The position numbers were made by a program, and so were the translations under genes. The notes under the pieces are model-generated. The model was not told where the DNA came from. It made no database searches and saw only the letters and a list, made by a program, of their open reading frames with translations. This document shows, in pieces, positions 47,410-56,431 of a stretch of 64,000 nucleotides of DNA (position 1 is its first letter; each line of letters starts with the position of its first letter). Source of the stretch: an uncultured Acidimicrobiaceae bacterium (GTDB lineage: Bacteria; Actinomycetota; Acidimicrobiia; Acidimicrobiales; RAAP-2); the NCBI GenBank assembly GCA_963774915.1, contig CAVZGR010000006.1:13463-77462 (forward strand), in the 5' to 3' direction.

Positions 47410-48810
47410 ATGGCGGGGTCCGGTCCTGCCGACATTGCTCGTGCGATGCCGCGGCATCGGAAGAGATGTGCAGCCGTGAGCATCTCGCTCGTCTCGGGTT
47501 GGCTACCTGTTGTCGGGCAGGTGGTGGCTCTCGTCGCGCTGGTCGTGGCCGTGGACTGGCGGTCGGGCCGCCGTCGGTCCGGCCTCGGACGCCTCGGACG
47601 GCGGACGGGGCGCTGGCGCCGACAGCTGCTCATCGGGATTCCCGTGGCCGCCGTCGTGACCGTGGCGGTGGCTCTGGTGCTCGAGCTCGGTTCGCTCGTC
47701 CCCGACGACTTCCCTCCGCTCGCCTATGTCTGGGGGTTCGTCTTCGTCCTTTCGCTGTGCGTCCTCGTGACCGGGTGGACGGACGAGCGGTGGGTGCGCC
47801 ACGTCGCCGCCATCGTGGCCGTGGTCCTCACCGCCGCCGCCTCGCTGGGCACGGTCAACGCCCGGGCCGACTCCTTTCCCACCGTTGGGCGCCTGTTGGC
47901 CGACGACCCCGAGCAGGTGGTGGACACGCCGCAACTGCAGCAGATGCGGGCGGAGACGGCGAAGACCGGGCATCTACCTGCAGAGGGCGTGGTCATCCCC
48001 GAGACCATCCCGGCCACCGTCTCCCACTTCGACACCCGGACGGCGTACGTCTACCTACCACCGGCATGGTTCGCCAAGGTGACGCCCAACTTGCCAACGC
48101 TCGTCCTGCTGCCCGGTGAGCCGGGCAGCGCCAGCGACTGGTCGAGCGACGGGGACGCCGACGAGACGGCCGACACCTTCGCCAGTGCCCATCACGGTGT
48201 CGCCCCCATCATCGTGATGCCCGATCCCAACGGAGTGAACACGATCGACTCGGAGTGCGTGAACTCACACTTCGGCAACGCCGAGACGTATCTCGTGAAA
48301 GACGTGCCCGCCTTTGCCCGTGACCGGTTCAACGCGTCGCGTGCCCCTGGATCACTGGCCATCGCCGGCCTCTCCGCCGGCGGCACCTGCTCGATCATGT
48401 TGGCCCTGACCAATCCCACGCTCTACCCGACCTTCGCCACCTTTTCCGGCTTCGCCTCGCCGCAGTACCAAGAGGACACCGAGGCCGACACCATCAGCAT
48501 CCTCTTCGGAGGATCGCGGGATGCCTTCGACGCCCACGATCCGTCACAGCTGCTCATGACCAACCACTACAGCGGCCTGGCTGGGTGGTTCGAGGTCGGG
48601 AACGAGGACACGGAACCGCTGGAAGCTGCGCACGCCCTGCAGCCGGCTGCCCTCAAGGCAGGCATCGCCACCTGCATCTTGGTTCGGCCCGGCAACCACG
48701 ATTTCGATCTCTGGACCGAGGCTCTGCGCGACGCATTCCCTTGGCTCTCCTGGCGTCTCGGGCTCATCCCCGAACCGGCGACCGAGCCGGCAAAGTGCAC
48801 GTCACCCTGA
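47410..48810 (+). CDS. Membrane-anchored esterase-family (esterase D / mycolyltransferase-like) alpha/beta hydrolase
   Basis: Four N-terminal TM helices. Then AYVYLPPAWF, LLPGEPGSASDW, GNAETYL, nucleophile elbow AIAGLSAGG, and C-terminal FPWLSWRLGL. The start is uncertain. Confidence 0.75.
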   Translation: MAGSGPADIARAMPRHRKRCAAVSISLVSGWLPVVGQVVALVALVVAVDWRSGRRRSGLGRLGRRTGRWRRQLLIGIPVAAVVTVAVALVLELGSLVPDDFPPLAYVWGFVFVLSLCVLVTGWTDERWVRHVAAIVAVVLTAAASLGTVNARADSFPTVGRLLADDPEQVVDTPQLQQMRAETAKTGHLPAEGVVIPETIPATVSHFDTRTAYVYLPPAWFAKVTPNLPTLVLLPGEPGSASDWSSDGDADETADTFASAHHGVAPIIVMPDPNGVNTIDSECVNSHFGNAETYLVKDVPAFARDRFNASRAPGSLAIAGLSAGGTCSIMLALTNPTLYPTFATFSGFASPQYQEDTEADTISILFGGSRDAFDAHDPSQLLMTNHYSGLAGWFEVGNEDTEPLEAAHALQPAALKAGIATCILVRPGNHDFDLWTEALRDAFPWLSWRLGLIPEPATEPAKCTSP

Positions 48811-48900
48811 TCGGCCCATCGGCTGCCAGCATGGGGGCATGGCGGTGCACGGCAACCTCCACCGGCCGGCCGCGGGTGATCCGAGGCCCGCTCGCGAGCC

Positions 48901-49848
48901 ATGAGCCGGCCGCTCAGCCTTCTCTTCGCCCTCCTCGGCGGGTTCAGCCAGGCCCTGACCTCGGTCCTCCAACGCCTGGCCAACGTGGGCGACGAGCACA
49001 AGAGCAAACGGTCGGGGTGGGAGACGACCAAATATCTCGTACGCCAGCCGATGTGGTTGGTCGGCATGGCCACCATGGGTGGCACCTTCGTGTTCACCGC
49101 GGTGGCCCTCTATCTCGGAGAGTTGGCCACCGTCCAGCCAATCCTCGTCACCGAGCTCATCTTCACGTTGGCCCTCCGCGCCCTGTGGCTGCACGACCGC
49201 GTCAGCGCTCGCACATGGGTGGCCGCGGGTCTGTTGTGCGCCGGTCTGGCCGGCTTCCTCATCGCCGCCCACCCGAGGGAGGGGATCGGCCGCCCGTCCC
49301 TCGGCGGGTGGGTCGTCGCTCTCTCGAGCCGAGGCCTCCTCATTCTCGTCCTGGTCATGCTGGCCCGGTGGGGATCGCCGGCCAGGAAGGCCGCCCTGCT
49401 CGGCGCGGCCGCCGGACTCATGTGGGCCATCGATGCCGCAGTGGTCAAGACGGCCACCGAGATCCTCGGCCAAGAGGGCATCGTGCGCCTCTTCCTCCAC
49501 TGGCCGGTCTACGGCGTGGTGGTGACCGGGGTGCTCGGCACCGTGCTCCTCGAAGCCGCCTTCTCGGCCGGGCCGCTGTCCGCCTCGCAGTCGACACTGC
49601 TCATCGTCGACCCGTTGGCGAGCATCGCCATCGGCGTCGAGCTCTTCCACGAAAAGCTCAACAGCTCACCAGGGGCCATCACCGCCCAGGTCGTCTGCCT
49701 GGCGGGAATGTTCGTCGGCGTCGTCCTGCTCTCTCTTTGGGCGCCGCCGTCGATGTCGGCTCGGCCCAAGCGTTCCGTCCGACCGGTTCCGGTGGGTAAC
49801 GCGGCGTCGGCGTCGGCCAGCCCGCCCGCCATCGCCGAAACGCCGTAG
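48901..49848 (+). CDS. DMT-superfamily (EamA-like) transporter
   Basis: About 9-10 hydrophobic helices in two similar halves. Intact 315-aa ORF. Confidence 0.65.
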   Translation: MSRPLSLLFALLGGFSQALTSVLQRLANVGDEHKSKRSGWETTKYLVRQPMWLVGMATMGGTFVFTAVALYLGELATVQPILVTELIFTLALRALWLHDRVSARTWVAAGLLCAGLAGFLIAAHPREGIGRPSLGGWVVALSSRGLLILVLVMLARWGSPARKAALLGAAAGLMWAIDAAVVKTATEILGQEGIVRLFLHWPVYGVVVTGVLGTVLLEAAFSAGPLSASQSTLLIVDPLASIAIGVELFHEKLNSSPGAITAQVVCLAGMFVGVVLLSLWAPPSMSARPKRSVRPVPVGNAASASASPPAIAETP

Positions 49849-49866
49849 GGCCAGCAGCCGAAAGAG

Positions 49867-49939
49867 TGCGCCCCGGGGGACTCGAACCACCCAACCTGCA
49901 GGTTAAGAGCCTGCTGCTCTACCGTTGAGCTAGGGGCGC
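49867..49939 (-). tRNA. tRNA-Lys (anticodon CUU)
   Basis: Hand-folded from the reverse strand: acceptor GCGCCCC/GGGGCGC, U8 A9, D arm GCTC-AACGGTA-GAGC, anticodon arm GCAGG-CTCTTAA-CCTGC, T arm GGTGG-TTCGAGT-CCCCC, discriminator A, no encoded CCA. My fold leaves one U-C mismatch in the T stem and a 6-nt variable loop. Confidence 0.85.
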
Positions 49940-50043
49940 CCGGGCAGCATAAGGGGGGGTCCACGGACCGTCAACGATCTGCGCCCCGCCTGGCCGATGA
50001 GCATTGCGGTGTGGTGGGCGCCGATGGTCGATGGGCGACCCGC

Positions 50044-51361
50044 TCAGTGCACGGGCGGATCGCAGTGGGCCGGCACCGAGGTCGGCTTCGGCGTGAGTCC
50101 GAGCTGCCAGGACATCCATGGCAATGAGTCTTTGAAGGCCTCGGACCAGAACAGGAAGTTGTGCGAGCCCGGCGGCAGGGTGAGACAGACCTGTCGGAAC
50201 CCGGCGTCCTTGGCCGCGGCCGCGAGTTGCTGGGAGGCCTGCACCGACGGGGTGTCGCTGCTGCCGGCCGAGAACCATCCGGCGAGCGACGGGTACTTCT
50301 GACCGTCGGTCAGCAGGTGGATCGGGTTGTGGGCCTCGTAGACGTCCTTCGAACCCCCATAGAGCGTCTGGATGGTCTGCTGCTCGTTGTCATCGAGGTA
50401 GGTGGGTGAAGGGAAACCCGAATAATCAGCGAAGGTCGAGTAGATCTTGGGATTGCGAAGGCTGAGCATGCTGGCGCACACCCCGCCGTCGGAAAGGCCG
50501 GCGATGGCCCAGCTCCGGGCGCCGGGCGCGGCGTCGAACTCTGAGACCATGTAGTTGATGACGTCCGACCGTGAGGTACGTCTCGGCGTTTCCGAGCGTC
50601 GTGTTCGAGCACTCGGTGTCCTGCACCGACCCGTTGTTGTCGGGGATCACCAGGATGGGTGACAAGCCGTTGTGATGGGTGGAGAAGTCGGTGGAGGTGC
50701 TGTCGGCGAAACCGGCCCGGGTCCAGTCCGACGGTGAGCCGGGGATGCCGGCGATGAGCTCGATCACTGGCAAGGAGGGCTCGGGGCTCTTGAACCAGGC
50801 CGGTGGCAGGTAGACGTAGGCCTGTCCGGTCTGGAACTTGGAATGGGTCGGTGGGATGGTCACGATGATGGTGCTGCCGTGGGATGGCAGCTTTCCGGTC
50901 CGGCGGGCCTGGTCGCGGATCTGCTGCAGTCCGGGCAGGTCGGTGAAGTTGGCCGCGTTCTTCCCGAACAAGCGAGCCAGCGTCGGGTAGTAGTCGTAGG
51001 TCTGGTTGATGACCGTAAAGGCGGCGATCACGCAGAACACCACGGCGATGACCGAGAAGGTTCGCAGCAGCCAGTGGGCCCGAGTCCATCCGAGGATGAA
51101 GACGACCACCGAGTACCAGATGAGCCAGGCCCAGAGGTAGAAGGTCCGCGGGAACTGATCGGGGACCAGCTTGAAGAAATGGATGGCCAGCGCGGTGAGC
51201 ACGGTGAGCACGAAGCTGATCGGGATCCCGAGGGGCAGCTGCCATTTCCAGGCGCCGTCCACCCATCCGACCGACAGAACCACCGACACCAGCGCCACGA
51301 TGATCACCGTCAACGGGAACCATCCGGTGATGATGCTGAAGTTAATGGCGAAAGTTCCCAT
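50044..51361 (-). pseudogene. Paralogue of the 47410..48810 membrane-anchored esterase, one frameshift
   Basis: Same architecture and motifs (AYVYLPPAWF, IAGIPGSPSDW, GNAETYL | DVINYMVSEF..., AIAGLSDGG, LPWMSWQLGL). The frame switches near 50574. Confidence 0.75.
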
Positions 51362-51501
51362 GGTGCGGTTGCCTAAGATACAGCGGCATCCCCGCGAGAA
51401 CGGGCTTCATCTGGCTGTCGCCGGACCCGGGTCGATCGCAGCAGGGGCTGAAGCAGTAGGGGCTGAACAGGCGGTGACCAAGTGATGGTGAGATCCGGGT
51501 T

Positions 51502-53032
51502 TTGAGCAACGACCCCGCGCCGAATGACAATGAGAATGAGGAGGTGCTGACGCTCCGAGCCTCGATGCGCTGAGCGCCGAGCGCCGCAAGAAGCGCGATG
51601 AGCTCGCCGCCGAGGGCGTCGACGTCTACCCCGTCCGCTATGACCGGTCGGACACCGCCGCCGAGATGCAGGAGCGCTACGGCGATCTCGAGCCCGACGC
51701 CAAGACGGCGCGTCGGCGCGAATGGCCGGCCGGGTCATGGCCATGCGCGGCCACGGCAAGCTGTCCTTCGCCACCCTGACCGACGTGACCGGGTCGATCC
51801 AGCTCATCATGCAGGTGTCGGTCCTTTCCGACCGGTCGAAGGAGGTGCTCTCCCATCTCGATCTCGGGGACTGGGTGGGCGCCGAGGGAGAAGTCATCAC
51901 CAGTCGGCGCGGCGAGCTGTCGGTGGACGTGGCCGAGCTCACCCTCCTCTCGAAGGCGCTGCGGCCACCGCCCGACAAGTGGCACGGGTTGAGTTCCACC
52001 GACACCCGCTACCGCCAGCGCGAGGTCGACCTCATGGCCAACCCCGAGAGCCGGCGGACGTTCGACATCCGGTTCAAGACCGTCTCGTCATTGCGACGGG
52101 TGCTCGACGAGGAGCAGTTCGTCGAGGTCGAGACGCCCATCCTGCAACCGCAGGCCGGAGGGGCCCTGGCCCGTCCATTCTTCACCCACTCGAACGCGCT
52201 CGACATCGACCTCAGCCTGCGCATCGCCCCTGAGCTCTACTTGAAGCGCCTGGTGGTGGGCGGTTACGAGCGGGTCTTCGAGATCGCCCGCAACTTCCGC
52301 AACGAGGGGATCGACACCCGCCACAGCCCGGAGTTCACGGCCCTCGAGGCCTACCGGGCCTTTGGCGACGTCAACGATGGGATGGACCTCACGGAACGGC
52401 TCATCGTGGTCGCGGCCCAGACGGCCACCGGCCGATTGAATTTCGAGGTGGGCGGACGACAGATCGATCTCACGCCGCCCTGGCCGCGGCGTGACCTGCT
52501 CGACTGGGTCGAGGAGGTGGTTGGCACCCGGCTCCATCCGAACGATCCCGTCGAGAGCGTCCGGTCACAGTGCAGTCAGCAGGATGTCGAGTTCCTGCCC
52601 GAGTGGGGATCGGGAAAGCTCATCTTCGAGATCTACGACAATGTCATCCTCCCGACTGTCGTCGATCCCGTCTTCGTGGTCGGCTTTCCCATCGAGGTCT
52701 CGCCCCTCGCCCGTCGCACGGCCAACGACCCGACCCTCGCCGACCGGTTCGAGCTCTGCATCGACGGTCGCGAGTTTGCCAACGGCTACAGCGAGCTCAA
52801 CATCCCTGAAGAGCAGGAGGAACGCTTCGTCGGCGAGGCCAAAGCCGTGGCCCGGGGCGACCTCGAGGCCCACCCGGCCGACGTTGCCTTCATCCGGGCC
52901 CTCGAGTACGGGCTCCCGCCAACCTCAGGTATCGGCATCGGCGTCGATCGCCTGGCCATGCTGCTGGCCGAGGTCGAGGCCATCCGCGACGTGATCCTCT
53001 TCCCCATGATGCGGCCCGAGGCCTCGCCGTGA
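51502..53032 (+). pseudogene. lysS: Class II lysine--tRNA ligase, 2 N-terminal frameshifts
   Basis: The body (ORF 51722..53032) has AGRVMAMRGHGKLSFATL.D..G.IQ, LRPPPDKWHGL.D...RYRQR, FVEVETPILQ, RIAPELYLKRLVVGG, FRNEGI..RHSPEFT..E, GNGYSELN and GIGIGVDRL. The upstream part (M)SNDPAPNDNENEEVLTLRA | LDALSAERRKKRDELAAEGVDVYPVRYD...DAKT | GASARMAGRV needs shifts near 51558 and 51700. The TTG 51502 start is tentative. Confidence 0.85.
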
Positions 53033-56000
53033 CCACGGAGGCCGACCGCCCGACGACCGATGCCACCACCACCACGAACAGCGCCACCACGACCACCGTC
53101 ACAACCACCGTCACGCCCACCGAGTTGACCGACACGGAGCTCGCCGACGAGTCGACCGTCAACGCGGATCTCTCCAACCTGGCCGGGGCTATCTCCGCCG
53201 AGGAGCACCCGAAGTTCCTCATCGACGCCCACATCGAGGTCGAGCTGCCCAAGGGGAGCCACACGATGCTGGTCAGTGACCTCCATCTGCCCGTCGTGGC
53301 CACCGACAACTCGACCGCCGTGGCCAACGACATCGCCCGGGCCCTGCACGAGTGGTCGGGGCCCGGCGCCTTCATCATCGCCGGCGACGGGTTCGAGATG
53401 CTGGCCGGCCCTCCCGACGTGGGCCGCATCCTCGACGCCCATCCGCAATTCACCGCCGCCGTCGCCGAATTCGCGGCCGGCGACGATCATTCGGTCGTCG
53501 TCCTGTCCGGCAACCACGACGGTCAGCTGGCCTGGGACGGCGACTCGGTGGGGGTGCTCGAGCAGCGCATCGGAGCGAGCCACTTCGCTCTCATCTGTGA
53601 CCTCGTCATCGACACCGACCACGGCGCCCAGCGCGTGCGGGTCGTCCACGGTAACCAGTCCGACCCCTACAACACCTTCGAGGATCCCTGGTCGCCGGTT
53701 GACACTCCCATGGGCCACCACATCGTGCGCGATCTCTTGCCGGAGCTCGAGTCCCGCCAGTCACCCGGCTCGCTACTCGAGAACGTGCAGAGCCTGGACG
53801 GGGACATCGCCGACTTCATCGGTTCGCGGCTCTTCTACCGCAAGCTCGTCGGCAAGCTCTGGCTTCTGGCCGTGCCCTTCGTCGCCATTCTCCTGCTCCG
53901 CGTGTTGTCGTTCTTCCCTGGTATTGGCCATCTGCTGCACCAACACACGGCCCGTTGGCTCATCGGCTTCGGCATTCTGGTGGTGCTCATGGTCATCGTG
54001 GCCGGCGTGGCCGCTGGTGCAACCCTGTTGCGGGTCAACCGTTCCCTTCGAGAAACGGCGGTGTCTGCCCGCTCGGATCCACACACCCACAACGCCCCGG
54101 CGCGGGCCGAGGCCGGTCGCCTCGTGACCGAAGGATTCGCCGGCATGATCTCCGGTCACACTCACGAGCCCGAGTTGTCGGTGGTGGGCGACGGCTTCTA
54201 CGCCAACACCGGCAGCGGCACCACCTCGGTCACCGGTCGCCGCTCCCGGTTCCGCCTTCCCCAACCCTTCCTGCCCGTCGAGCGCTTCTCCTATGTCGAA
54301 CTGCACGGCGGTGTGGTCCTCGAGGTCAAGCTGTGGCTGCGCGACATCCCGCTACGGAGCCCGGTCCTGCTCGAGCGAGTGGCGCTGGCTCGGGACGAGA
54401 ATGACACGACCGCCATCTCTGTGGTCGCCGCTCTCCCCGAAGGCCCGACCTGGCCCCTTGACCGGATGGTCCTCGACCGCTGGGTGCATCGCCGTCGCAT
54501 ACGTCGCTTCGCCGCTTGGGCCATGTTCGCCGCCGGCGTCCTCAACGTCGTCTTCGCCATCCTGTGGCACCTGACCGGTAGCCGTTCGGTTGACCAATGG
54601 CTGCCCTTCGGGGTCCACCCGCTGACCGTCACCGAGGCCGTCGTCGCCGGTCTCGCACTCTGCGGTCTGGCCGTCGGGGTGCGCCGCGGCCTGCGGCCGG
54701 CTTGGGTGGCCGCCATCGCCGTCCTCCTCATTACCTCGACGGACCGCTTGGTCACGGGCCACTCGGCCAAAGGGTCGGCCATCGCCCTCGTCTTCACCCT
54801 GTGGCTGCTCCTCGAGCACGAGCAATTCCGAGTATTCCCCGACGGAGTGTCCCGCTTTTACATGTGGCTGGCGGCGGCGGGCCTCGTGATCGTGGCCGCG
54901 GCGGCCGGAATCGGCGTCCTCTTCCAAAACGGGCAACGGCAGGACTTCAACTTCGTCTTCATCGTGCTCGTGATCATCGTCCTGCTGATCCTCCTCGTGT
55001 CCCGACCCAGCCGCGAGTCACGACGTGCCGGTGCCGCCCGGGCCGAGGCCTTCGCCCGGGCTCGGGGGATCATCGATGCCTACGGCGGCGACACACTCGA
55101 CTACTTCGCGCTGCGGGACGACAAGACGTGGTTCTTCACCGGCGGCTCGTTCGCCGCCTACAGCATCATCAACGGGGTCATGCTCATCTCACCCGACCCC
55201 ATCGGGCCGCCCGAAGACCGGGTCGAGGTCTGGTCCGACGTGATGGACTTCGCCCAGTCGCACAACTGGACGCCGTCGGTGCTGGCCGCCTCCAAGTCCT
55301 GGCTGCCCATCTACCGAGCGGCCGGGCTGGTCGACCACTACATCGGGGACGAGGCCATCGTCGACTGCACGACCTTCACCCTCCAGGGCAAGTCGATGAA
55401 GTCATTGCGTGGAGCGCACAACCGGATCAAGAAGGAGGGCTGTCGGGTCGAGTGCTTCGACGACATGAGTGCCGTCCCCGATGAACTGCGTCGTCAGCTG
55501 CTCGAGCTCATGACCGAGACCCGCCAGGGCGAGGCCGAACGCGGCTACTCGATGACGCTCAGCCGTATCTTCGACCCGAGGGACACCGGGCTCCTGCTCG
55601 CCGTGTGCCTCGGGTCGGATGGGCGGCCGCTCGCCTTCAACCAGTACGTCCCGGCCAGCGAGGTCAACGGGTACTCGCTCGACCTCATGCGCCGTACCAG
55701 TGACGAGAGCGCGCCGAACGGGCTGACCGACTTCGTGATCATCGAGACCATCGCCTGGATGGCCGAGCGCGGACTTCGCGGCCTCGGCCTCAACTTCGCC
55801 ACCATGCGGGCAGTGGTGGCCGGCGAGACGGAGGGTGGCCCGTGGATGTCCCTCGAGCGTTCCGTACTCCACCACTTCAGCGACACCATGCAGATCGAGT
55901 CGCTCTGGCTGTTCAACAAGAAGTACGACCCGTGGTGGAACCCTCGTTACGTGGTCACCGGTCCCTACCTGCCGCTCGCCCGCAGCGGTCTGGCCATCGC

Positions 56001-56079
56001 CCGGGCCGAGTCGGTCTCCGAGCTGCCCGTCATCGGGCCGTTGCTCAAGCGCAAGGAACCGGCGACGACCAGCGACTGA
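53029..56079 (+). CDS. Fusion protein: N-terminal calcineurin-like metallophosphoesterase + TM region + C-terminal aminoacyl-phosphatidylglycerol synthase (MprF C-domain/DUF2156)
   Basis: Intact 1016-aa ORF whose GTG overlaps the lysS stop as GTGA. MPE motifs are SDLHLP, AGDGFEM, LSGNHD, VVHGNQSD and SGHTHEP. Hydrophobic blocks span residues ~270-340 and ~500-640. The C-terminal ~330 aa read YGGDTLDYFALRDDK.WFF..., ...GYSLDLMRR...APNGLTDF, LGLNFA, FNKKYDP.W.PRY, typical of Lys-PG synthase domains. Confidence 0.85.
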   Translation: MTTEADRPTTDATTTTNSATTTTVTTTVTPTELTDTELADESTVNADLSNLAGAISAEEHPKFLIDAHIEVELPKGSHTMLVSDLHLPVVATDNSTAVANDIARALHEWSGPGAFIIAGDGFEMLAGPPDVGRILDAHPQFTAAVAEFAAGDDHSVVVLSGNHDGQLAWDGDSVGVLEQRIGASHFALICDLVIDTDHGAQRVRVVHGNQSDPYNTFEDPWSPVDTPMGHHIVRDLLPELESRQSPGSLLENVQSLDGDIADFIGSRLFYRKLVGKLWLLAVPFVAILLLRVLSFFPGIGHLLHQHTARWLIGFGILVVLMVIVAGVAAGATLLRVNRSLRETAVSARSDPHTHNAPARAEAGRLVTEGFAGMISGHTHEPELSVVGDGFYANTGSGTTSVTGRRSRFRLPQPFLPVERFSYVELHGGVVLEVKLWLRDIPLRSPVLLERVALARDENDTTAISVVAALPEGPTWPLDRMVLDRWVHRRRIRRFAAWAMFAAGVLNVVFAILWHLTGSRSVDQWLPFGVHPLTVTEAVVAGLALCGLAVGVRRGLRPAWVAAIAVLLITSTDRLVTGHSAKGSAIALVFTLWLLLEHEQFRVFPDGVSRFYMWLAAAGLVIVAAAAGIGVLFQNGQRQDFNFVFIVLVIIVLLILLVSRPSRESRRAGAARAEAFARARGIIDAYGGDTLDYFALRDDKTWFFTGGSFAAYSIINGVMLISPDPIGPPEDRVEVWSDVMDFAQSHNWTPSVLAASKSWLPIYRAAGLVDHYIGDEAIVDCTTFTLQGKSMKSLRGAHNRIKKEGCRVECFDDMSAVPDELRRQLLELMTETRQGEAERGYSMTLSRIFDPRDTGLLLAVCLGSDGRPLAFNQYVPASEVNGYSLDLMRRTSDESAPNGLTDFVIIETIAWMAERGLRGLGLNFATMRAVVAGETEGGPWMSLERSVLHHFSDTMQIESLWLFNKKYDPWWNPRYVVTGPYLPLARSGLAIARAESVSELPVIGPLLKRKEPATTSD

Positions 56080-56162
56080 TGGCTCGCGCCGGCGGCATCG
56101 CGCACCGACCGCCTCGCTGAGCTAAAGTTTGTGCTTCCGAGCAAGGAAGCGAGGTGGTCCGC

Positions 56163-56285
56163 ATGGCAGGCATGGCATTTTGCAGCGTGAACGGGATCAC
56201 TCGCGCCTTCGACCCGCAGTGTGGCGCTCTCGCCGCCCGGGTCCCGGCCGGCGAGTTGCCGGCCCTCGGGGCGCTCACGCACTGA
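56163..56285 (+). CDS. Possible unannotated 40-aa small ORF upstream of the ABC exporter
   Basis: The ATG is preceded by GAGGTGG with a 5-nt spacer. It translates to MAGMAFCSVNGITRAFDPQCGALAARVPAGELPALGALTH*. 34/40 codons end in G/C, like the real genes here. It is below the ORF-track length cut-off. No homology evidence. Confidence 0.3.
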   Translation: MAGMAFCSVNGITRAFDPQCGALAARVPAGELPALGALTH

Positions 56286-56431
56286 CCTTCCGTCAGAGCC
56301 CCGCCCCCATCGGCCATCCCGGCCGCCCCCTGCGCTGATCCGGTCAGCCGACCGTTCCGCTCACTCGGGCTGCCTGGGTCCTGTGCCCGCCCCCGCCCGC
56401 ATTCCACCGCCATGCCCTCGGAGCAATTCTC

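Noticed and set aside
49849-50043. Genomic-island or integration hotspot at tRNA-Lys.
   Set aside because: There is no integrase, excisionase or phage/plasmid genes. I could find no duplicated tRNA 3' segment on either side. The flanking genes have typical GC and codon bias.
51362-51501. T-box or other leader upstream of lysS; direct repeat AGGGGCTGAA at 51443-51452 and 51458-51467.
   Set aside because: There is no T-box sequence (AGGGTGGNACCGCG-like) or specifier hairpin. The region is too short for a T-box leader. The 10-nt repeat alone is weak evidence for anything.
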